Source: Eledone cirrhosa (lineage: Eukaryota). From it: 64,000 nucleotides of DNA. Below the pieces are notes generated by a model, which was not told the origin of the DNA, ran no database searches, and saw only the letters and a list, made by a program, of their open reading frames with translations. This document shows positions 59,084-64,000 of the stretch, one piece after another. Each line of letters opens with the position of its first letter. Within the stretch, counting starts at the first letter, position 1. The stretch lies in assembly GCA_964016885.1 (NCBI GenBank), contig OZ024741.1:401822001-401886000 (forward strand). Direction: 5' to 3'. A program made the translations under genes and the position numbers.

Positions 59084-60917
59084 CATGGAACAAACTTCCT
59101 GCATCAGTTGTCAGCTGTTGAGGCACTGCATCCTTTAAAACCTCCATGGAACAAACTACCTTCATCAGTTATTAGCTGCTGAGACACTGCATCCTTTAAA
59201 ACCTCCATGGAACAAACTTCCTGCATCAGTTGTTAGCTGTTGAGGTACTGCATCCTTTAAAACCTCCATGGAACAAACTTCCTGCATCAGTTGTCAGCTG
59301 TTGAGGTACTGCATCCTTTAAAACCTCCATGGAACAAACTACCTTCATCAGTTATTAGCTGCTGAGACACTGCATCCTTTAAAACCTCCATGGAACAAAC
59401 TTCCTGCATCAGTTGTCAGCTGTTGAGGTACTGCATCCTTTAAAACCTCCATGGAACAAACTTCCTGCATCAGTTGTTAGCTGTTGAGGCACTGCATCCT
59501 TTAAAACCTCCATGGAACAAACTACCTTCATCAGTTATTAGCTGCTGAGACACTGCATCCTTTAAAACCTCCATGGAACAAACTACCTGCATCAGTTGTT
59601 AGCTGTCGAGACACTACATCCTTTAAAACCTCCATGGAACAAACTACCTGCATCAGTTGTTAGCTGTCGAGACACTACATCCTTTAAAACCTCCATGGAA
59701 CAAACTACCTGCATCAGCTGTTAGCTGTTGAGACACTGCATCCTTTAAAACCTCAATGGAACAAACTACCTGCATCAGTTGTTAGCTGTCGAGACACTGC
59801 ATCCTTTAAAACCTCCATGGAACAAACTACCTGCATCAGTTGTTAGCTGTCGAGACACTACATCCTTTAAAACCTCCATGGAACAAACTACCTGCATCAG
59901 CTGTTAGCTGTTGAGACACTGCATCCTTTAAAACCTCAATGGAACAAACTACCTGCATCAGTTGTTAGCTGTCGAGACACTGCATCCTTTAAAACCTCCA
60001 TGGAACAAACTACCTGCATCAGTTGTTAGCTGTCGAGACACTGCATTCTTTAAAACCTCCATGGAACAAACTACCTGCATCAGTTGTTAGCTGTCGAGAC
60101 ACTGCATTCTTTAAAACCTCCATGGAACAAACTCCCTGCATCAGTTGTTAGCTGTCGAGACACTGCATTCTTTAAAACCTCCATGGAACAAACTCCCTGC
60201 ATCAGTTGTTAGCTGTCGAGACACTGCATTCTTTAAAACCTCCATGGAACAAACTACCTGCATCAGTTATTAGCTGTCGAGACACTGCATTCTTTAAAAC
60301 CTCCATGGAACAAACTACCTGCATCAGTTGTTAGCTGTCGAGACACTGCATTCTTTAAAACCTCCATGGAACAAACTACCTGCATCAGTTGTTAGCTGTC
60401 GAGACACTGCATTCTTTAAAACCTCCATGGAACAAACTCCCTGCATCAGTTGTTAGCTGTCGAGACACTGCATTCTTTAAAACCTCCATGGAACAAACTC
60501 CCTGCATCAGTTGTTAGCTGTCGAGACACTGCATTCTTTAAAACCTCCATGGAACAAACTACCTGCATCAGTTATTAGCTGTCGAGACACTGCATCCTTT
60601 AAAACCTCCATGGAACAAACTCCCTGCATCAGTTATTAGCTGTCGAGACACTGCATCCTTTAAAACCTCCATGGAACAAACTACCTGCATCAGTTATTAG
60701 CTGTCGAGACACTGCATCCTTTAAAACCTCCATGGAACAAACTCCCTGCATCAGTTATTAGCTGTCGAGACACTGCATCCTTTAAAACCTCCATGGAACA
60801 AACTCCCTGCATCAGTTATTAGCTGTCGAGACACTGCATCCTTTAAAACCTCCATGGAACAAACTCCCTGCATCAGTTATTAGCTATCGAGACACTGCAT
60901 CCTTTAAAACCTCCATG
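59084..60917. repeat. 61-bp minisatellite, 30 copies, CATGGAACAAACTACCTGCATCAGTTGTTAGCTGTCGAGACACTGCATCCTTTAAAACCTC, derived from the CR1 LINE ORF2 C-terminus
   Basis: The unit matches 48406-48466. The last unit continues into the CR1 stop and 3'UTR (60914-61294). Confidence 0.97.
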
Positions 60918-61035
60918 CTTCCTGAGATTTGCCAACACTACACCTGATATTCCCCCTCCATACACACACACACATGTATATCATGACTCATACACTATTC
61001 ACTTCCCTGACATTTGTATATTATTCTATGTACTA

Positions 61036-61221
61036 GGACAGTGGATTGGCAGTATCGGTAGGGGTCGGACGCCATGCTTTGACGCAAAGAGTTACAGCCC
61101 TTGCCATTCTGAGTTCAAATCCCGCCGAGGTTAACTTTGCTTTTCATCCTTACAGGATCGATAAAATAAAGTACCAGTAATACACTCGGTATTTGCTGGC
61201 CTTGTGCCAAAAGTAGAAACA
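61036..61221 (+). mobile_element. Family-1 SINE nested in the CR1 3'UTR with a 16-bp target-site duplication
   Basis: ATTATTCTATGTACTA at 61020-61035 and 61222-61237; A box TGGCAGTATCGG and B box GAGTTCAAATCC. Confidence 0.9.
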
Positions 61222-61395
61222 ATTATTCTATGTACTATACATGCACCTTTGATGAGTTGTAGTGCACCTGAGCACTGTACACAATAATTTCATTGTATAA
61301 CTGTCTGTCCCATTTTCTAACAAAAAGTCAATCTGGCTTGATGTTTCTACATAAGTAACTGATCAGGTGTTTGGTTGGTTTCCTAGTGTTACAAA

Positions 61396-61575
61396 TACGA
61401 GGGTATACTGAGAAGTTCATAGGCTGACCAAGATACTCTCATGGAATGACCAAATGATATTTCTCAACGTAGTTCCTAGAAAGAAACAATGCAGAGTTGG
61501 AATTAATGCTTGCAAGATTTCACTGCATTAGCATCACTCCTTCATAGTCAATGAAGTTTTCAGCTGACCCTCATA
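61396..61575. mobile_element. Mariner-derived MITE (TA|CGAGGG...CCCTCA|TA); related remnants at ~51760-51960 and ~56960-57125
   Basis: Imperfect TIRs CGAGGGTATACTGAGAAGTTCAT / ATGAAGTTTTCAGCTGACCCTCA with TA flanks. Confidence 0.6.
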
Positions 61576-62309
61576 GTTTATTTGCATCACAGACTTCTAA
61601 GAACCTCGATCCCTTTTCATTTCTGGAGCCCTATATTCCAGTGTAGCTATCCTAGTGTTGTCAATATAGATAGAATGATGAGGTCTTAGACATAGGTTAT
61701 TGAAGTTATCTGTAAGAGATCGCCATAGAAACCATCCTTTTGATTGTGGTCCATAGGTAGAGATATTTCTTAGGACTAAACTGAGCTTCATAATTCTGTA
61801 ACTTACCTTTAATTTCCTTACCTATCTACTTCTCAGCTAGAAACAAACCCCACTCCACCTAGCCCATCATCATTTCCTGCAGTTTATATCTATACTGTTT
61901 GCCTGTGAGGAGCCTGGCTGGGCCCCACTTCCATCTTATCTCTTGAACACAATACATCCACTCTCAAGCATTTCCACAATTCTCCTGGACCTCTCTTTTA
62001 GAATTGCAGCCCTGAGATGTGTTACCTGACACTGATGGTCTTTTGGTGGAAACTTTCTCTACCTGGTTATTCAAATCACTTTACTACAGTCAAGGTGTTC
62101 CCACACATGGCTAGGTCAGCCCGAACATGAAACCAACATTAGTGTTAGCTGTGTATATACAATTAGTGTATATATATAGTAGTTTGTGCTTTTCATAATT
62201 TAGCAAGGTTTTTCTGGTTGGATGCATTTCCTATCACCAACTTTACAGCATGGACTGGGTATATTCTTTATGAGACCAGCACAACCACTATATATATATA
62301 TATACATAT

Positions 62310-64000
62310 ATGACAGATGAAATCTGTGGCTGGAGCAGACCTATAGGCAGGAGGAGAGTAACTTGGTGGTGGAACAGTAAGGTGGAGGAGTCGATCAAGG
62401 CCAAAAATCAGGCTTGGAAAGTATGGCGGGATGGGGGAAGTAGAGAACACTATCAAGTGGCCAGGAGGGAAGCTAGGAGACAAGTGTACTTCGCAAAAAG
62501 GGAAGCAGAGGAAAGAAAGTTAAAGCATGTTCTACAACGCGAGGACCAAAAACGTGAGGTGTTCAGGATTGCTAGGCAATGTGTCAAGGAAAACAGTGAT
62601 ATTGTCGGGGAGAAGTGTGTAATTAACGATGATGGCATACTTGCCATCACCGACGCTGATAAGAAGGTAGCTTGGAAGTGTCACTACGAAAGGCTACTAA
62701 ATGAGGAGAATAAATGGAAGAAAGACATTCTCCCCCACATCGACCCAATAGAGGGACCAGCAGTGCAAGTTGAAGGTAGTATAATAAGTAAGGCAATCAA
62801 AGATATGAAGACGGGTAAGGTGGCTGGGCCTTCGGAAATTAGTTGCTGAAATGCTGAAAGCATCTGGAATGGTGGAACACACTATGGTCACCCGGATAGT
62901 AAACCAAGTCATACAAAATGGTCTTGTACCAAAGGACTGGCGTAGCAGCATCATCATTAACTGCTACAAGGGTAAAGGAGATGCCCTAGATAGGGGAAAC
63001 TATAGAGGCATTAAATTAATTGACCAGGTCATGAAGATCACAGAAAAAGTAATAGCGCAACTAATCAAAGAGCGAATTGATCTAGATGAAATGCAGTTCG
63101 GGTTTGTGTCAGGTAAAAGTACCACAGACGCTCTTTCATTGTATGACAACTACAGGAGAAGTACCTAGCTAAAAGTAAACCCTTATACTTAGCTTTCGTT
63201 GACTTGGAGAAAGCCTTTGACAGAGTCCCCTGTCATTATCTGGTGGGCCCTTAGAAAACTAGGGGTTGATGAATGGCTTGTGAGAGCTATAGAAGCTATG
63301 TATAAAGAAACAGTCAGCAAGGTTAGAGTTAACAACGAATATAGTGAAGAGTTTAGCATAAAAGTTGGTGTTCATCAGGGCTCCGTCCTTAGCCTCCTCA
63401 TATTTATTATCGCCCTCCAAGCTATAACGGAGGAGTTCAAGACCGGCTGCCCATGGGAACTTCTATACGCAGATGATCTAACGCTCATAGCTGAATCAAT
63501 GGCTGAACTAGAGAAGAAATTCCAAACATGGAAGCATGGCCTAGAATCAAAAGGCCTTAAAGTTAACTTGTCTAAGACTAAAGTTCTAATATGTAGGAAG
63601 GAGAATAGGGCACTGGTCCCATCTGGGAAATGGCCATGCTCAGTGTGTAGGAAAGGAGTAGGTAGAAACTCCATTTTATGTCCCAAATGCAAAGTATGGG
63701 TGCATAAAAGATGTAGTGGGATCACAGGTAATCTATCTAAGAATATAGATTTTATATGTGGCCGGTGCTCAGGTGCAATAAGTAGTAGAAATAAGTAGTA
63801 GGATACTAGCTCCTTCCATTGCCAAGATGGTTCTATAGAAATAGTGGACACCTTCTGTTACCTGGGTGACAAAATCAGCAGTGGGGGAGGGTGCTCTGAA
63901 AGTACTGTAGCTAGAGTCAGAACGGGATGGAAAAAGTTCAGAGAGCTTATACCACTATTGGCCACTAAAGGTTTCTCTCTAAAAATGAAAGGCAGGTTGT
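62310..64000 (+). mobile_element. RTE-clade LINE ORF (RT with PHD-type finger), frameshifted, runs off the window end
   Basis: Track ORFs 62310-62849, 62851-63168 and 63199-63798: [55 protein letters not shown]. Confidence 0.95.

Overview
Eukaryotic, AT-rich, repeat-dense genomic DNA. The SINE/LINE/microsatellite content suggests a mollusc, probably an octopod cephalopod (inference from recalled repeat families, not a search). The only cellular gene is the 3' part of a + strand, cysteine-rich extracellular protein gene. I reconstructed 13 GT-AG exons (19959-58140) with fully consistent splice phases, about 590 codons in total. The domain order is TSP1-TSP1-TIL-(TILa/VWC-like)-TSP1-(VWC-like)-TSP1-TIL-VWC-CTCK-stop, the C-terminal architecture of SCO-spondin-like proteins; the ORF track mostly misses it. 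The rest is intron and flank. It contains a 19-kb array of a 49-bp satellite, minisatellites of 11, 29, 41, 42, 48, 61, 72 and 102 bp, two decayed Tx1/L1-clade LINEs arranged head-to-head around one exon, and several RTE-clade LINE pieces with a PHD-type finger inside the RT region. It also has CR1 3' ends, tRNA-derived SINEs, a mariner remnant, TTAA-flanked MITEs and probable Helitron-type elements. Notable patterns: several tandem arrays can be traced to specific pieces of transposons present as single copies in this window, including the 19-kb satellite, which resembles a SINE tRNA head. There is also a nested 'palindrome of palindromes' just downstream of the gene. There is no CRISPR array or prokaryotic content.
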